The position numbers and the translations under genes are program-made. Shown one piece after another: positions 35,378 to 50,000 of a DNA stretch of 64,000 bases (the first letter of the stretch is position 1; each line of letters begins with the position of its first letter). This DNA is from Zygnema circumcarinatum SAG 698-1b (Eukaryota > Plantae > Zygnematophyceae): assembly GCA_037447605.1 (NCBI GenBank), contig CM074822.1, forward strand, positions 1,759,492 to 1,823,491, read 5' to 3'. The notes under the pieces were generated by a model. The model worked only from the letters and a program-made list of their open reading frames with translations, searched no databases and had not been told where the DNA came from.

Positions 35378-38300
35378 ATGGCTTCAGAAGGATGGCGGTT
35401 ACCTCAATACGGCTTGCAGGGCATGCTGAAGGAAGGGCACAAGCACATATCTGGTCTGGAGGAGGCTGTCGTGAAGAACATTGACGCCTGCAAGCAGCTC
35501 TCGCAGATAACGAGGACGTCACTGGGCCCTAATGGTCAGTTTTGAGCGCTAACAGTCCTTAATCGAATTGGTACTAGAAAGACTGTCCTATCACGTTGCT
35601 AAGAGATAAATATGCATGATGATGATGATAACTCGTCTTAATTTTGCTTTCAGCCCAAACTCTCCAACCTGCAATTGAAACTCAATTCCAAACGCGAGTT
35701 TTCCAAGCCTGCACAAAACTTCTCCTCTTACTTTCCGAGCCAGATGCCATTCTTTCAAATTGTTTTCGGAAGATGCGTAACCATAGTGCCACACTAGAAT
35801 CATGAATATGCGCAGTTTGTAAAGCGTCGCTTGCTTTTGTTTGTTGCAGGAATGAATAAGATGATCATCAATCACCTCGATAAACTGTTTGTCACCAGTG
35901 ACACCGCAACAATTGTCAGCGAACTTGAGGTCCAGCATCCGGCTGCGAAGCTTTTAGTGCTGGCGGCTAAGGCCCAGCAAGAGGAGCTTGGAGACGGGGC
36001 CAATCTCGTCATCACTCTGGCTGGAGAGCTTCTGCAAGGAGCGGAGGAGCTTATGAAGAGCGGGCTTCATCCTAGCGAAGTTATTGCTGGATATGTCAAA
36101 GCTGTTAAAAAGGTAGTCTGCTTGCTTATGCATTCACTCCATTTGGTCGAAACCAACGTTTCCTATTTACCAGGAGCAAGCGTATATCTTCTATGGCTTC
36201 ATTTTCATGCATTCGTTGATTTGAACAACCATTCAGTACCCTAATTTGAAGAATTTTGTCATTTCCGCATCTCCCTTAATGTGTTTTTGACGAAATCCTT
36301 GTGAAGAAGTTACAGCACAAAGCCGTAGCATGAGCAACCTCGTGTTCATCGCCATTCTATATTAAACTAGTAGGCAATGCAATACAGGGTTTTTAGGGTT
36401 TTAGGGATCGTAGGGGTCCAGCTGGATATTAGGCTATCATAATGGCCGTGCACTAAGTTCTTCTTCTTCTATAAGCCATTGGGGACCATTGAGAAAAAAA
36501 AAGTTTTCCTTGTAAGCGTGACCAGCCTAAGCTCAAAACGTTTAACATGATTGTTGCTGCTTTTGTACTTGTTGAAGGGCTTTTCTGAAAGGACATAGGC
36601 TCGGATTTGGTCACAACGAAAACTTCAGACTAGGAGACAATTCTGAATCACCTCATGCTGATAGAATTGGTCGTACGTGAAGTCAAGTTTGAATCATTCC
36701 TATTGGGTCCGCTACATGAACAGAACTATGTAAACGTCAACAATGTTGTTTCAGAACAACGCATTTCTGGTTTTGTCGAGATTGGATGATGATGCTATTG
36801 TACCATGCCGCAGGTGCTGAGTTCCTTGGAGGAGCTGGTAGAGGAAGGAACTGATAAAATGGATGTACGGAGCAAGAAAGAAGTCGCGCGGAGGATGTCA
36901 TCCCCTGTTGCAAGCAAACAATACGGATTGGAGTCGATCCTTTGCCCACTGATTGCCGAGGTAAGCTGTCTGATGCTTGGCGATTTGTGTTTCAATTTCT
37001 CAACATCTACGCTTATGGGGATGTGAGCAGAACTGTGAATTTTTTTGTGTTCTTTTCTCGTCTTGTAGATGTTTTTATTTTCACCTCCTGCAGCTTACAA
37101 GGAAAGCCTTTCAATTTCTGACTTCGACGTTGTTACTCTGCACTGCAGGCTTGCATACAAGTCTGCCCCCACAATCCGACAAACTTCAATGTCGATAATG
37201 TTCGAGTAGTCAAAATATTAGGAGCTGGAGTCCATAACTGTTCAGTTGTGCGTGGATTGGTGCTCAAGATTGATACTCTTGGAACAATAAAGAGAACTGC
37301 TAATGCAAAGGTAAGGGAGGCAAACAAAGTTAAGTTTCAAGGGTTCATTGTTTCTCTGATGTTCACCGTATGTAAGGCCAGCCATTGTTTTCCCATTTTT
37401 TGCCCTGATATAGTTATCGTGTAAAGTATGGGAGGCCGTTTCTGGCTACCTTCTATTTTTTTAACCTTTCTTTTGTACTATCTTCTGTTGAACCTTTAAC
37501 TCAGCTAGGCTTGTTCCTTTAATTGCTCAGGATCCAATCATTCCATTGATTTTCTTCTGAGCATGTTCGCACAGGGGGTTTTTTAGCGCAGCAGCTACCG
37601 TTTCTGTTCCCCGTCCTTTTATGATCTGATCCTAACAACTTTATCCAGAGTGGGTGTTGTGCAGATAGCTGTTTTTGGAGGAGGTGTGGATACTGTGGCA
37701 ACAGAAACAAAGGGCACCGTCCTCATTGAAAACGCTGAACAGGTAATTTTTTCAACCGTCATTCATGTGGCTGACCTTATGGAATGCTTCAGCTACCATT
37801 TTAACTGGTCATTTTAGTGACTATTCTATTGCTGAACTTGAAGAAGCCTGTGACAGTGTTCCCCTATAGCCTACATTTATAGTTATGATCAAACCGCGTG
37901 CTTCTCCCCTTACTTTCAGATATATGCAATTTTATTTGAGTCGGGAGAGTCCTCGTTTCCTTCAGAGAGAGACGAATGCTAATGTGATGAAGTTATGATG
38001 AGGAAGGACAGCTGGAAGGCTATGCACGGACCGAAGAGGCGCGAGTGGAGGAGTTGATCCGTGCAGTCGCGGAGTCGGGAGCAACAGTCATTGTCAGTGG
38101 GCAGAACGTGGGAGAGATGGCTCTTCACTTCTGCGAACGCTACAAGTATGCACCTCTCCTCAACAAAGAACCGTTCGCAGTTAGATGGGATTTTTGCCGG
38201 GAACTAAGCCAGTTTTTCTTCCACCAATGGGTTCAGAGGTCATGCATTTGTCTGTTGCAAAAGTCTCAGTCGGTCTGTATGTCAGGCTGCTGTTAAAAAT

Positions 38301-41243
38301 GAGAATGAAGGGAACTTGACCATGGGTGGTGCTGGCCGCCTCATCATTTTTCTTCTGGTGGAAAAATAGGATCAAAGTGCAGACTGCATGTTGTGATGAA
38401 CATCACCTTTAGTTAATATTCAGAATGGTCTATTCCTTGCCACTGTCTGCACGCTTTGTGCATCTTAAAACTACGATTGCTTGACCGCTCCACCAATATC
38501 TCTAACTTCTACGTCCAGTATGATAAGTGGATGTGTACGAGTCCATTTTGACAAACCTTTGTGAATCGTTTATTTTTCAATAGAGTTAATTCGTATTATT
38601 GTCTTCTTTCCAGCTAATTTGCTGTTTGTGTCTATGTATGTTTACGTGTAGCTAGATTGTCTTTGAACTACAGTTAGTTGCTTTCTATCGAGTGACCTAT
38701 CTGATGGAACAGCTATCCTGGTTTGTTTTGCAGCCTGATGGTGCTGAAAGTCTCATCCAAGTTCGAGTTGCGCCGAGTTTGCCGGACTACCGGAGCAGTC
38801 TCTCTGGTATGCGCTGTTTCCTCCAATGAAGGCCATTACCTTTTGGTTTTCTCAGGTGGTGTTTTCATCTGTGGGATTTTCTATTTCGAGTGCTGCTGAT
38901 TCAAGTCACATGGCAATGTCTGGAGAGAAGTGCCAATTCCGACAATGCTACTTCCACACAGACCATTTGCAGGATGATTTTTAAGGCTGTCAGAGTTGAT
39001 TTGGTTAGAATCTTGCACACATAAGTATTTTATTTTTGTTTTATAACCGAAACTCTTGAACCTTTTCGTTCTCGGGACGATATTTTGACATTGTCGCCTT
39101 TTCCATGTCCGGCTGCAGGTGAAGCTTCAACAGCCTTCTCCTGATGAACTTGGACATGCAGACTCGGTCGCCGTGGAGGAAATAGGAGGAACAAAGGTAA
39201 ATGAGTCTGTTCCTAGGGGAATATGGAGTTTTTGTTGTTCTAAACTGCTTTTACGTTTGAGTCCTCAGTGATCTGTCCGAACCCGTGTCTGACACATTAA
39301 GTTGAACTGGGTTCATGACATTTTTCTGTTGGCAATAGCAGATTGGTATTTCTGTTTTCCTATTCTTCGCTCTTCCTTTTGAAGATTATTGTTGACGAGC
39401 TTCGTCTTCAACTCTACTTTTCGTATTCACTGGCAGTCGTATGCCTGCTCTGTTTCTGAGTTTAGAGTTCTTTTTGCACTCATCCCACTCTCTGTGAGGT
39501 TCTGACTCGTAACCTTGTGCACTTTCCTCCAGTTCCATCTGGAAAATATCTTGTTAACTATTCTCTCTCCCTTTGCAGGTAGTAGTCCTGCAGAATGAGT
39601 CAGGAGGAAATCTTGTGGCCACAATCGTTCTTCGAGGATCTACAGACTCCATTCTGGATGATCTGGAAAGGGCTGTTGATGATGGGGTGAATTCCTACAA
39701 GGTAGGCCTTCGTTCTGAGACTGTTGCAAGTTCTGTCCTCAGAAGCATATGTGCCTGTATTGGTGCTTCATGTAGTATTACAAGCATGTAAAGGAGAACC
39801 TGCTTTCTATGAACAATGAGGCTTTTCGTCAACGAATTCTGAACATTGTAAGAACTGAATAATGGTAAGCCGCATAGCTTGGGGCTTCTGTGGACATTTA
39901 AATTCATCATCATGTGTTTGTTTTCTTCCTAAAATGTTACTTGTTGGGGAAACAGGCGATGTGCCGGGACAGTCGACTTGTCGCTGGTGCAGGAGCAACA
40001 GAAATAGAGTTGGCAAAGAGATTAAAGGAATTTGGCCGGAAAGAAACGGGGTAAGGTTTTTTTCCATAGCTGATCTTTGCAAGAAATGTTTTGAACAGGG
40101 TGTCTCGATCTACTTCACACTTTGAAAGGGTCAGAAATGGACAGAAAGCTACCTTTTTGCATGTTTTGACATTCGAAGGAAGCCGCCGCAACGGTTGGGA
40201 GAAAAAATCATGTCCATTCCCTTGAATAAGGGCATGCATGTCAGAGGCTGATACTCTCTACCAGACAGAAATCAAGTTGACTCTTCCAATAACGAAATCA
40301 AATTCCTAGTTAAAGTATCTGAATCAAAGTATTAGAATCTGAGCTAAACTAGTTTGCCGTGATATTCAACGGTATTTTTAACGGTGCAAGTTAATCTGAC
40401 TGTGGGGTGATCTTCGTCTCCATTGCATCCTCAGGTTGGATCAGTATGCAATCGATAAATTCGCTGACAGTATGGAAGTTGTTCCGAGGACACTCGCGGA
40501 GAATGCTGGCTTAGACGCAACAGAAATCATTTCCTCACTTTACGCTGCACATTCGGCTGGAAACCATCTTGTGGGGGTTGATGTGGACGGCGGAGGAGTT
40601 TTTGACGTGACCACTGGTGGCGTCTGGGACTTGTTTATAACCAAGTAAGCGGCTACTTTCCACATGACACATGACGCTGGATATGGGATTGATACAAGAC
40701 GATCAGCGTCTTGCCTTGAAAATTGATTTTACCAGGCAGCCTTGTGAAAAGAATGTTCATTTGTTTTGTGGATCCAAGCTCGGTTAACTTGGAGTTGCCA
40801 GTTGGTTTCAGTGTGAGAAGATTTGATATGATTTGGTTTGTTTTGATTGGATTTATCTGTAGAAAGAGATGCATGCCAGCAGATTTTCCTCGCTGAGAGA
40901 AAGAGAGAGAGATGACGAGAGTGAGACATGAAAGAACTCGCTGTGAGAGTTAACTACATGGTTATACTAAGTGAGAATGTTGTTGAATGAATGCCTGTTG
41001 ATTTGTGCAGATATTGGGCGATAAAACTATCAGCTGATGCAGTTGCAACTGTCCTAAGAGTAGATCAGGTGAGTTTCCACAAGCACCTGAAAGAGGAGAT
41101 CTATTGGCTGGCAGTGTATTATCTCCTTCTTGTCCTGACAAATGTGGGGTTGCTGGCCCATATCATGCATGCAGATTGTAATGGCGAAGGTGGCTGGCGG
41201 GCCCAAGAGACAAGACAAACCCATAGATGAAGGAGACGACTGA
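35378..41243 (+). CDS. CCT8: T-complex protein 1 subunit theta (chaperonin CCT8), multi-exon
   Basis: YGLQGMLKEGHKHISGLEEAVVKNIDACKQL..TRTSLGPNGMNKMIINHLDKLFVTSD, QQEELGDG, LRGSTDSILDDLERAVDDGVN, VLRVDQIVMAKVAGGPK; stop TGA 41241-41243. Confidence 0.97.
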
Positions 41244-42227
41244 TTTCAGCGATGCCTAAAGAATGCCCGAGATATTATAGTCATGACCATGATTAGGGGG
41301 ACTAGACTATCCTCATCAAACCCTTCTAGACCTCGTGCATTCATGTGCTCTCCTCTCCTACCTTTCTTTCCCTCTATTCACTCTTACCTTCAGATGTTTC
41401 TGCGTCCAGCCAAGCTCTGACGAAGCGGGAGATGACGATAGAAGTGGAGAAAGAACTGAACAGCTCTGCAAGCAGGGTGCAAGGGCGTAGAGAGTTGGCC
41501 TAGTCAGTCAGCAGGTCGTCGGTCGAGAGGCATTCTGCTGTAGACTGTTCAACCAGTTTTGCAAAAAGAGCCGTCGATGTGGCGCGTGGCGCCCAGCCAT
41601 CTGAAGCTGGGCTTTTGTCACGTACTGAAAGGTTCACACAATAGTGTTTGTTTGGGCAGTGTCTGTTTGTGTCTCAAATTAACCCAAGAAAAACTTAACA
41701 CAACTGCTGCCATTGGTCTCATCACGGTAAACGGTAACATCAACTTTACAACAGCGGCTTCAAAAGAGAAAGAAAGCAATTGTATACGAGTCGAATTGCC
41801 ATTGGAAGATGCTCCCACTTCAGTTCCCAAAGCTCAATGGAGAAAGACCCCATGAGAGGACAGACAGACTGGGCCATTGTGTCCTTCAGACTCTCTACAC
41901 TCGGTTTTTTTTTGCCCATACTGTACACTGCCATGTCGATCTGCCTCAATGACTCTCGATATATCTCGATATATCGAGAGAAACGGTAATTTGTCACGGG
42001 AATTTTTCTATATAAAGAATAAGGTTTTTTTCGAGTTTACAAGCTGCTTGACTCAAAACATTTTACAAAACTGTTCCCCCTCGTTCCGTAAATGTTTTTA
42101 TTCGATGTGAATATTTACCATTGAGGTCCTCCCGATTGCAGGCCCACGGGAAGCATCAGGAGCTCCTGCTGGAAGGAAAGCGGAAGGCTCCATTTTAGGG
42201 TTGCTGGGAGGCGACTGCGCTCCCGCC

Positions 42228-45200
42228 ATGGCGTCCCCCGGAGGCAGCCGCTTGGGCCAGAAGCTGGCGAAGATCCTCTACACCGCGGGCACGCAAGCTC
42301 TCGCCTCCGGCGGAGCTGGCGGGTATGTATGGTGGACCTGTTTGTGACTTCCTGTAGGATGTATTCATAAGGAAAATATTTGCATTAGGTGTTCGGTGGG
42401 TAGTTGGCAGAGATGAAAAAATATAGTGGATGTTCTGATATGGAAGATACTGGCTACCATTTTGCAGAGACATTGCTCCTTTTGGATCTCGGATGGCTTC
42501 ACAGCTGGCAGGTACTCCTTGTAGTTTTGCTCAGTTTCGTTTCCTCGCCCACCTTTGGTAGCAAATGTAGTGGCCTTTTTTTTTTGGATGGTCACTGCAT
42601 GCAAACTGTGCAAGTCGTATGTGGAGAAAGTTTCTTGCTCAAAATAGCCCAGTAGAGTTCAAGTTCGCTATCGTGGAGGACGCTTATTGAATTTGTCTCT
42701 TATGGGATTTAGTAATAAAAACTCTTGCAAGCAGCATAAAAAGGTCAGGCGTTTGTTTCTAACTGGTGCTTGTCATCCGTGCCTTTTGCATACTGCAGTG
42801 CGGAACCGCATGCGCAGTGTGAAGAGTATTCAGAAAATCACAAAGGCCATGAAGATGGTGGCAGCTTCTAAGCTCCGCGGTGTGCAGGGAAAGACTGAAC
42901 AGTCTCGCGGCTTATGGCAGCCTTTCAGCGCTCTTCTTGGCGATGTTCCTGGTGAGCACGCCATCGAAACAAAGTTTATTATTATCAAACTGACTGCATT
43001 GTTAGATTCTCATATGAAGTTTTTGCAGTTTTCTTTGGACGGTTTTATATCTGTTATTTCAGTGTACTTGAAACTGTATTCTCTGTCCTCATTTGAGTCT
43101 CTAAGTTGATACTTGCACATACGTATTTTGCACTTCCCATGTATGGCTAGAATGTGGTATAGCAGGGAACTACCTCCCTGATGGCTTGAGCCTTTCAGAT
43201 GTGGGCTCTTGAAAAGCTGACTTGTTTCGTCTTGTCGTGCTTGCCAGATATTGACGTATCAAAGAATGTGATTATCACTGTCTCTTCGGACCGTGGCCTC
43301 TGTGGTGGCATCAACTCTACGTCTGTCAAGCACAGCCGTGCTCTCTATAACATCGCTGGTCTTGGTAAGTCCGCAATTATCTCAAAAACAGTTCTCTGGA
43401 AGTTAGTTTTTTCTTGTTTTGCGGCATTGTTTGCTTGACGCATGATCTGCTGGATGTTGGACCGCAAGGAAGGACATTGCTCTGGCAGTTCTCACTTCTC
43501 CATAGAGCTGTTCCAAAATGTATAGGTACCTTCTTAGGTCGTCGCCTAAGTATTCCAACTTTGTTAATAAAATGCAATGCTGTATCGGAGGTTTCTACAT
43601 CTGATTACTTGCTTTTTTACTTCAGATCCGGAAAAGGAGAAAGCCTATGTGATCATTGGAGAGAAGGGGAAGGCACAGCTTATTCGTGATTCCAAGTCTG
43701 CAATTACATTGTCAATCACTGAAACCCAGAAGCTTCCTATCAACTTTACCCAGGTCTCACATCTTTCTGAAAAAGGCTCCTTGTCCTGATTCATTGTTCG
43801 CACTGAGTATGGCTATATTCAGGCCTTAGGCTTGGGGAGCTCTATCGTTATACTAGTATAGAGTTTCGTCTTTTCAACAGGTTGCAATGGTCTATAATGT
43901 TTGAAACCGAGGCTCTATAGGATTGAGTATCGGTTATTGTTACTAGAAGATGAAACTTCGTTGCCTTAATGTTCCTAAGGTGATGGTTTGCAGGTTTGCA
44001 TGATTGTCGATGAGATTTTGAAGACCGTGGAGTTCGATGCCGTAAGGATCGTCTTCAATCGGTTCGGTTCCGTTGTATCATTTGTGCCAACTGTTGCCAC
44101 TGTCCTTTCTCCTGAGGTGTGCTTTTACTCTTTAATCTCACAAGGCTTTCATTGACTCCTTTACGAGGGAAGGCTTGCAACCTTGTCCTTTCTATGTGTT
44201 TTGCTGATCCTAAACAGCATAGTCTTACATGTGTACTATGAGTTCAATGGTTTGTGAGCTGGAAATATTGTGTCCTTGACCGTTCCTGAATCCTTTAGAT
44301 CTGATGATTTTGACTGTGTTTTAGGCGAATATGCAAAGTGGACAATTCCCGTTCCCAAACAAGATGAAAAAAGATTAACTTGTTGTCATGGTGGCCCCTA
44401 CCCTGCTTGATGTGCAGGTCCTTGAGAGAGAGGCCAGTGGGGGGTCTCTTGGTCAGTTGGACCAATATGAGCTGGAAGGAGCAGAGACACAATCCGAGGT
44501 GTTTCAGAATTTGAGTGAATTCCAGTTTGCATCAGTGAGTCTTACAAATACCAATCTCAAATCCTCTCCACCCATTCCTCTTTGTTCTGGTGATTTAGTT
44601 CACCTTATGGATGTTGCTTATCTTCTAGTTCGTCCGGGTTCTCTTTTTGAACTGTCTGTTCTGTGCAGCAAGTTTTACTCTCGTTGCTATTCATCCCTTT
44701 CTGCATGTAATTTTCGTTCCCGAGGGCAATTCATGTGCAATGCATCTCCTTCTTCTTCTTGGTTCGCTTGTCGATGGTACATCAAGGCCCCTTTTTTTTT
44801 GTTTAAATAGTTGCTCCTTTTGTGTAGGTGCTGTACAATGCCACACTGGAGAATGCTTGCAGTGAGCAGGGAGCTCGTATGTCAGCCATGGACAGCTCCA
44901 CCCGCAATGCCAGTGACATGCTTGACAGGTTGACGCTCAGCTACAACAGGTATAGATTTCAGTCCTCCAACCTTATGGTGTTTGTTAATCTGCTTTTCAT
45001 TCGTTATGATTGGCATGCACCCCATTTTACGGATGTTCCGCTTAGATGACCTCTCACATGCTTTGACTGCGATCGGTTTTCTACCAATGTGTTCCACTAA
45101 TGGCCCCGTGGTGAGACACAATCTGATGCACCACTGCTCTGCATGGCCTGATGGGTTCGACAGATCACGACAGGCCACCATTACCACAGAGCTTATTGAA

Positions 45201-45233
45201 ATCATTTCAGGAGCGGCAGCCTTGGAGGGATAA
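42228..45233 (+). CDS. ATP3: Mitochondrial F1 ATP synthase gamma subunit, multi-exon
   Basis: Presequence-like N-terminus; [76 protein letters not shown]; no plastid redox-Cys insert seen. Confidence 0.95.
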
Positions 45234-45732
45234 GATTCAGGTGCCCCTATATGCGCTGAGATGAATGAAATGGGCAGCCCAGTGCTCGCAAAGCAGCATG
45301 AGGTTGACTTTATCGAGGGAAATCAAGGAGAGCCCTTTTGGATGCGTGAGGCCGTCAGGTCGATTATCTGCCCTCCTTCCAGAGTGTGCAGATTAGCGGT
45401 TTGTTGTTTATGGCCGATGTACTGACAGGAGAGAGAATGTGTGGCAGAGCAATTAGTGTCAGCTGAGTATTTCTTCCCATAATGAAGGGGTCTTTGTTGA
45501 CTTGAAGGGCACTACTTGCCACATGAACACCTTTTTCCTGCGCTACCTTGAAGCAGCTCATTAATCGTCTTTGCTTACCAACGGATCAAGGCCGAAACCC
45601 CTTTCAGAGAAGTTCATCGAATATGGTTTGCGTGTTGGCAACGTTCTCCAATTGTTCTCTTTTTTCTCTGACAAAAAGACACATCGTGAAGCATATAGCA
45701 ATGCTGTCAGGCTAACTGCTGCTTCTTCCTCA

Positions 45733-46036
45733 CCCTAACCCCAGACCTAATCCTAACCTTAATGCTATGTTTTCTCCCTAACCCTAACCCTAACCCTTAA
45801 ATTAACTCCAATCTTCATCTTAGCCCAACTCCAACCCCAATATCCTAATGCTAACCCTAATCCTAACTCTAACCCTCAACCCTAGCCCAACTCCAACCTC
45901 AACTATTGTATGCCTTATCCAACCCTAACCGTAACCGTAACTCTAACCCTCACTCGAGCCCAGCCCAACTACAACCCCAACTATCATGTGCCTTTTCCTA
46001 ACCCTAACCCTAACCCTAACCTAACCCAACGTAACC
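45733..46036 (+). repeat. Interstitial telomere-like (CCCTAA)n array with higher-order units
   Basis: Perfect CCCTAA runs near 45776-45796 and 45997-46026 among degenerate units. Confidence 0.8.
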
Positions 46037-46521
46037 TATAGCAGGTCAAGGCAAAGCCTTCAGCACCCTCGAACGTCTTCCCTTGCTCTGCACTCCCCGG
46101 GCCAAAACCGCCCACAAAATGATATACCACGCCACCGAGGTCTTTGGGTCAAGAAAAAAGAATTATTGCTAAAGTTGGTGAAGAAAAACCACTGAAAAGT
46201 GAAATCTCGCTCCCAAATGCCACTGACTACCATTTTGGCTCATAAAGAAAAAAGAAATTGGGAAACATTTTGAAGATGGAACTTGATCCGATCTCTCCTC
46301 CGAAATTTGAAGTTGTGAAGGTTTAAGGCGACAGCCCCGCAAAGCCAATCGCAGGTCGACAAGTGCCCTTTTGGATCGAATCGGCCGACGTTTGTTCACA
46401 AACAATAAACCATAAACCAGAATCCAGAAACCAAAAGCCAGCACTTGGGGTCTTGATTCGAGAATTGGACAAATTGAGAATTTGAGATCATTGCGAAATG
46501 TGAACCGACCCTTGTGGCTCG

Positions 46522-46833
46522 AGTTTGCATTTGCAGTTTACAGTTTACAGTTTGCAGTTTACAGTTTACAGTTTGCAGTTTGCAGTTTGCAATTTGCAGT
46601 TTGCAGTTTGCAGTTTGTAGTTTGCAGTTTGTAGTTTGCAGTTTGCAGTTTGCAGTTTGCAGTTTGCAGTTTGCAGTTTGCAGTTTGTCGTTTGGAGTTT
46701 GTAGTTTGTAGTTTGCAGTTTGCAGTTTGCAGTTTGCAGTTTGCAGTTTGCAGTTTGCAGTTTGCAGTTTGTAGTTTATAGTTTGTCGTTTGGAGTTTGT
46801 AATTTGTGGTTTGCAGTTTGCAGTTTGCAGTTT
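46522..46833 (+). repeat. (TTTGCAG)n heptamer satellite, about 44 units
   Basis: Tandem tttgcag with tttacag/tttgtag variants. Confidence 0.97.
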
Positions 46834-47056
46834 CTGGTTTATAATTTCTAGGTGCAGTTTCTACCTCCTGAGAACTTTTGTAATATGTTTTTGTTTTTAA
46901 ATCGTGCAAATGTCGCCATTGCCACATGGCCGCTGTTCATTGGCCAGGGGAGCCCTCCCTCCCTCCCTCTCCCTCGTCGCTGCTGCCCACAGTGAAGTGC
47001 TGCAAACTTGGCATTTTTTGTGCTGATTTTGCCTTCTTTGTTGCTGAATTCTGACC

Positions 47057-50000
47057 ATGGCGGCTCTGCAGCAGTTCTCCGCTGTCGCCATGCTTTCAGC
47101 TGACAGACGAAATGCATATTCTATGCCTTTTATCTGTCCCGCTTCTCCTTGCTGCGGCTACCTTGACACGAGCAGCTCAGCAGCAGCTGCATTTGGTGGC
47201 CGGCATCGCCGAAAGCAGAGCTTGAAGCCGTTCTGTTCTGCGACGGCCTCTGCCAATCGAAGCTCGCGCTCCATCAAAGCGCAGAATAACTCTAACGCTG
47301 TCTCGACAGTAGAGTAAGTGGACATGGCTGCCCGTGACGGGCACATTCCCAGTGGAAGGAAGAGTTCTATTTTTTCAGCTCAGAGTTACAACAGAAACAG
47401 ACTGCTTTCGTTTCTGGTTCCGAACTTGCTTTCCCTCCAGCCCCTATTATATTGTTCAGGGGAGTCAGGATGCGATAAAGGGTACCATTCCCTCAGCTGA
47501 TAATAAAATACAAATTCCTGGTCTTGGCGTGTTCCCTATCTTTTTTTTTTTTTTGAATAGCATTTCTCTTTCTCATTCTCTCGCTCTCTCCTTCTCCTTC
47601 TCATCCCGCGCACTTCTCTCCCCTTCCCACGCTGTCGTGGAAAACCAATTCAGCAACTTCAATGCTCAGGTCAAGCTAAATGTATGTCTTTGTCTGGCTT
47701 GCCTTTGATTCCTACGTAACCTATTCATTTTCTATGCCTTTTTCATGCAGCGTCTCCCTAGTTTGTTGCATTTCGTTACATAGCCCGCAGTTCATTGTTC
47801 TCACTTGCATTCACTCAACGGTTTCTGATTGTCCCGCCGACTTGCAATGCAGAACAACTCCTACCATTGATGAGGCTGTTGCAGTCGTGAATGAAAACAT
47901 AACACTCGCATTGAGAGAGCTTGAGGTGAGTTTTTCCCTTAACAAAACAGATATGTTGCATTAGTCGGACTTGCAAGGGGGCATGAACTAGAGCACTTTA
48001 TATCGAACGAACCCAGCTTTTGCTGCATTAGAATTGATAGCTTCTTTCGTACAAGCCCTCGCTTGCTTTAGTATCGCATCAAACACAGATTTCCCGCCGC
48101 TCCCCTCTCCCCTGCAAGTCATAATGTCTAACATACCATCACCGCCCTCTTTCGGTGCCACAGAACAGTTTGGCAGCCCTCGACGAAGAGTTCCTGTCAA
48201 AGTTGCCAAAAGACCTGCAAGTAGATGTAAGTTGGTTTGCTCTATTTTAACCGGAAATTTGTTCAGTGGATCTCCTAGCACTTCGTCTGAACCTCACCAT
48301 TTGTAATTTTTCTCTCACTTCTTTTTATTCTCACCGACACCTGTCTCTCCATACCTCGCCTACCTCTCTTCTCTCTCAATTTTATTCCGCCCCTCATTCC
48401 ACCACTCCGTCCTCATGAGCAAGTCGTCAGTATGATGAAACTCAAGTTTGGTTTCCATTGCAGGTTCGTGATGCCGGCTTTGCGATTGGCAGCGGCTCCC
48501 TTGCGAGCGAGGTGCAAACAGACCTGAGTGTGCCCTCCCTGAGTAATGCCTCCTGCTGAGCCTTATCTGCGTTTGTTTTGCTTTTGGCGATTCTTTCTCC
48601 TCATACATCTGCAGCTGGCAGTTGAAGTCTGTTTGGTCCACGAAAATGACCTAAGGAGAGTGGCATGGAGGGTGTCATTTTGAGCATGCAGGCGAATTGT
48701 TCTTTGCGGAGCAAAAGCTGGTTTAGGAATACAGTTCTGAAGTGGAAGCCTGCTATTGAAGTTGTCCTTGCTTTTTATTCCCATTGCGTGTTGACCAGTG
48801 TGGCGAGGACGCAGCCGAAGTGCTCGTCCAGCTTGGAGCAGCTTTTGAGGCATCCAATGCGGCATCTGCAACTTCTGCAGCCTCTGCTTTGATCCTCCCG
48901 GCCACTAATCTGCCCTATCACAGTAGCAGCCGTGCATGTAATCCCTCCCATCTCTACTTCCATCTACCACTGTTATATCCCTCGTTGCCAGTGTGCAGTG
49001 CAGAAGGCAAAGGGGCACAGGTCGCTTGTTTCATGACCATTCATTCATTCATTCACACGTGTTCTGCGATGTGCCTTTGACATGCAGATTTGGGCAAGCG
49101 CCTTGTCGCCGCTTCTCGATACTTAGCCTCCACGGGATCCTACGGCGAGGGGGAACTTGCAAGGGTAAGTCATACAATTGTCCTTCTACCCTCCATCCCT
49201 GTGCTTCTACCTTCATCAATTTGTTTCTACCCTCCATCCTTGTGCTTCTACCCTACATCCTTGTGCTTCTACCCTTCATCCTTTGATTAATAATACTGGG
49301 TTTTTGTTAGTCTACATTGATCGCCGTTCCAAATTCTCCTTCAGTATGCACTTCTTGTTTCTCTCCTTAATGGGTGCTTTCTCACTAAGTGGCTGCTTAC
49401 GAAAGGCTCTCCCATCCTCTCCCTCTCCAAGGGAGAGCCGATCCCTCCCCTCCATGGGACACCCATAGACTCGTTCCGGCTAAGGCCTGGCCTGCACCGG
49501 CAGAGCTGCCGGCCGGCAGCTTCCAGTTCTCCTGCCGGCCGGCAACCCTTAGCGCCTTGTCGGTGGGCTTGACCGCCATCGACCCCATCGTCCAGTTCCA
49601 GCTCGCCACGTGTCAATTTTGGCGCTGACGTGGCTCAGGCCACGTAGGCGATTTCCTGACAGTTGCTCGCTCTGTTCAACGGAACAGATGTACGGTATCA
49701 TGTGACGAATCATGATCGTACGAACGTACGTATAGTCTTACTGGAGGCAGAAAAAGACCAGTTCTGATAGTGTGAACGCGGAACGGATCGTTTTTGTCCA
49801 CGTGGCAGGTGGCGAAGGCGCTGAAAGCTGCAGGAGAGGCCATTGCCGTCGGCGCGAAAGAGGAGGGAACGGAGGCGGCGGGGAGCCCTGCAACGCGGAC
49901 TTTGAAGGTGAGGCGAAGGGCCTCGGTCAGTGCTGCAATGAGAGGCAAGTGTTGCAGATGTGGCTTTCTTTCTTGGGGTTGTACAAGGACAGTTTATTGT

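Noticed and set aside
35535-41170. Intronic C/D snoRNAs in CCT8
   Set aside because: TGATGA and CTGA occur but without suitable spacing, terminal stem or a recognisable rRNA guide.
46514-46927. LQTANCK / CSLQFAV repeat proteins
   Set aside because: Translations of the heptamer satellite with no supporting gene structure.
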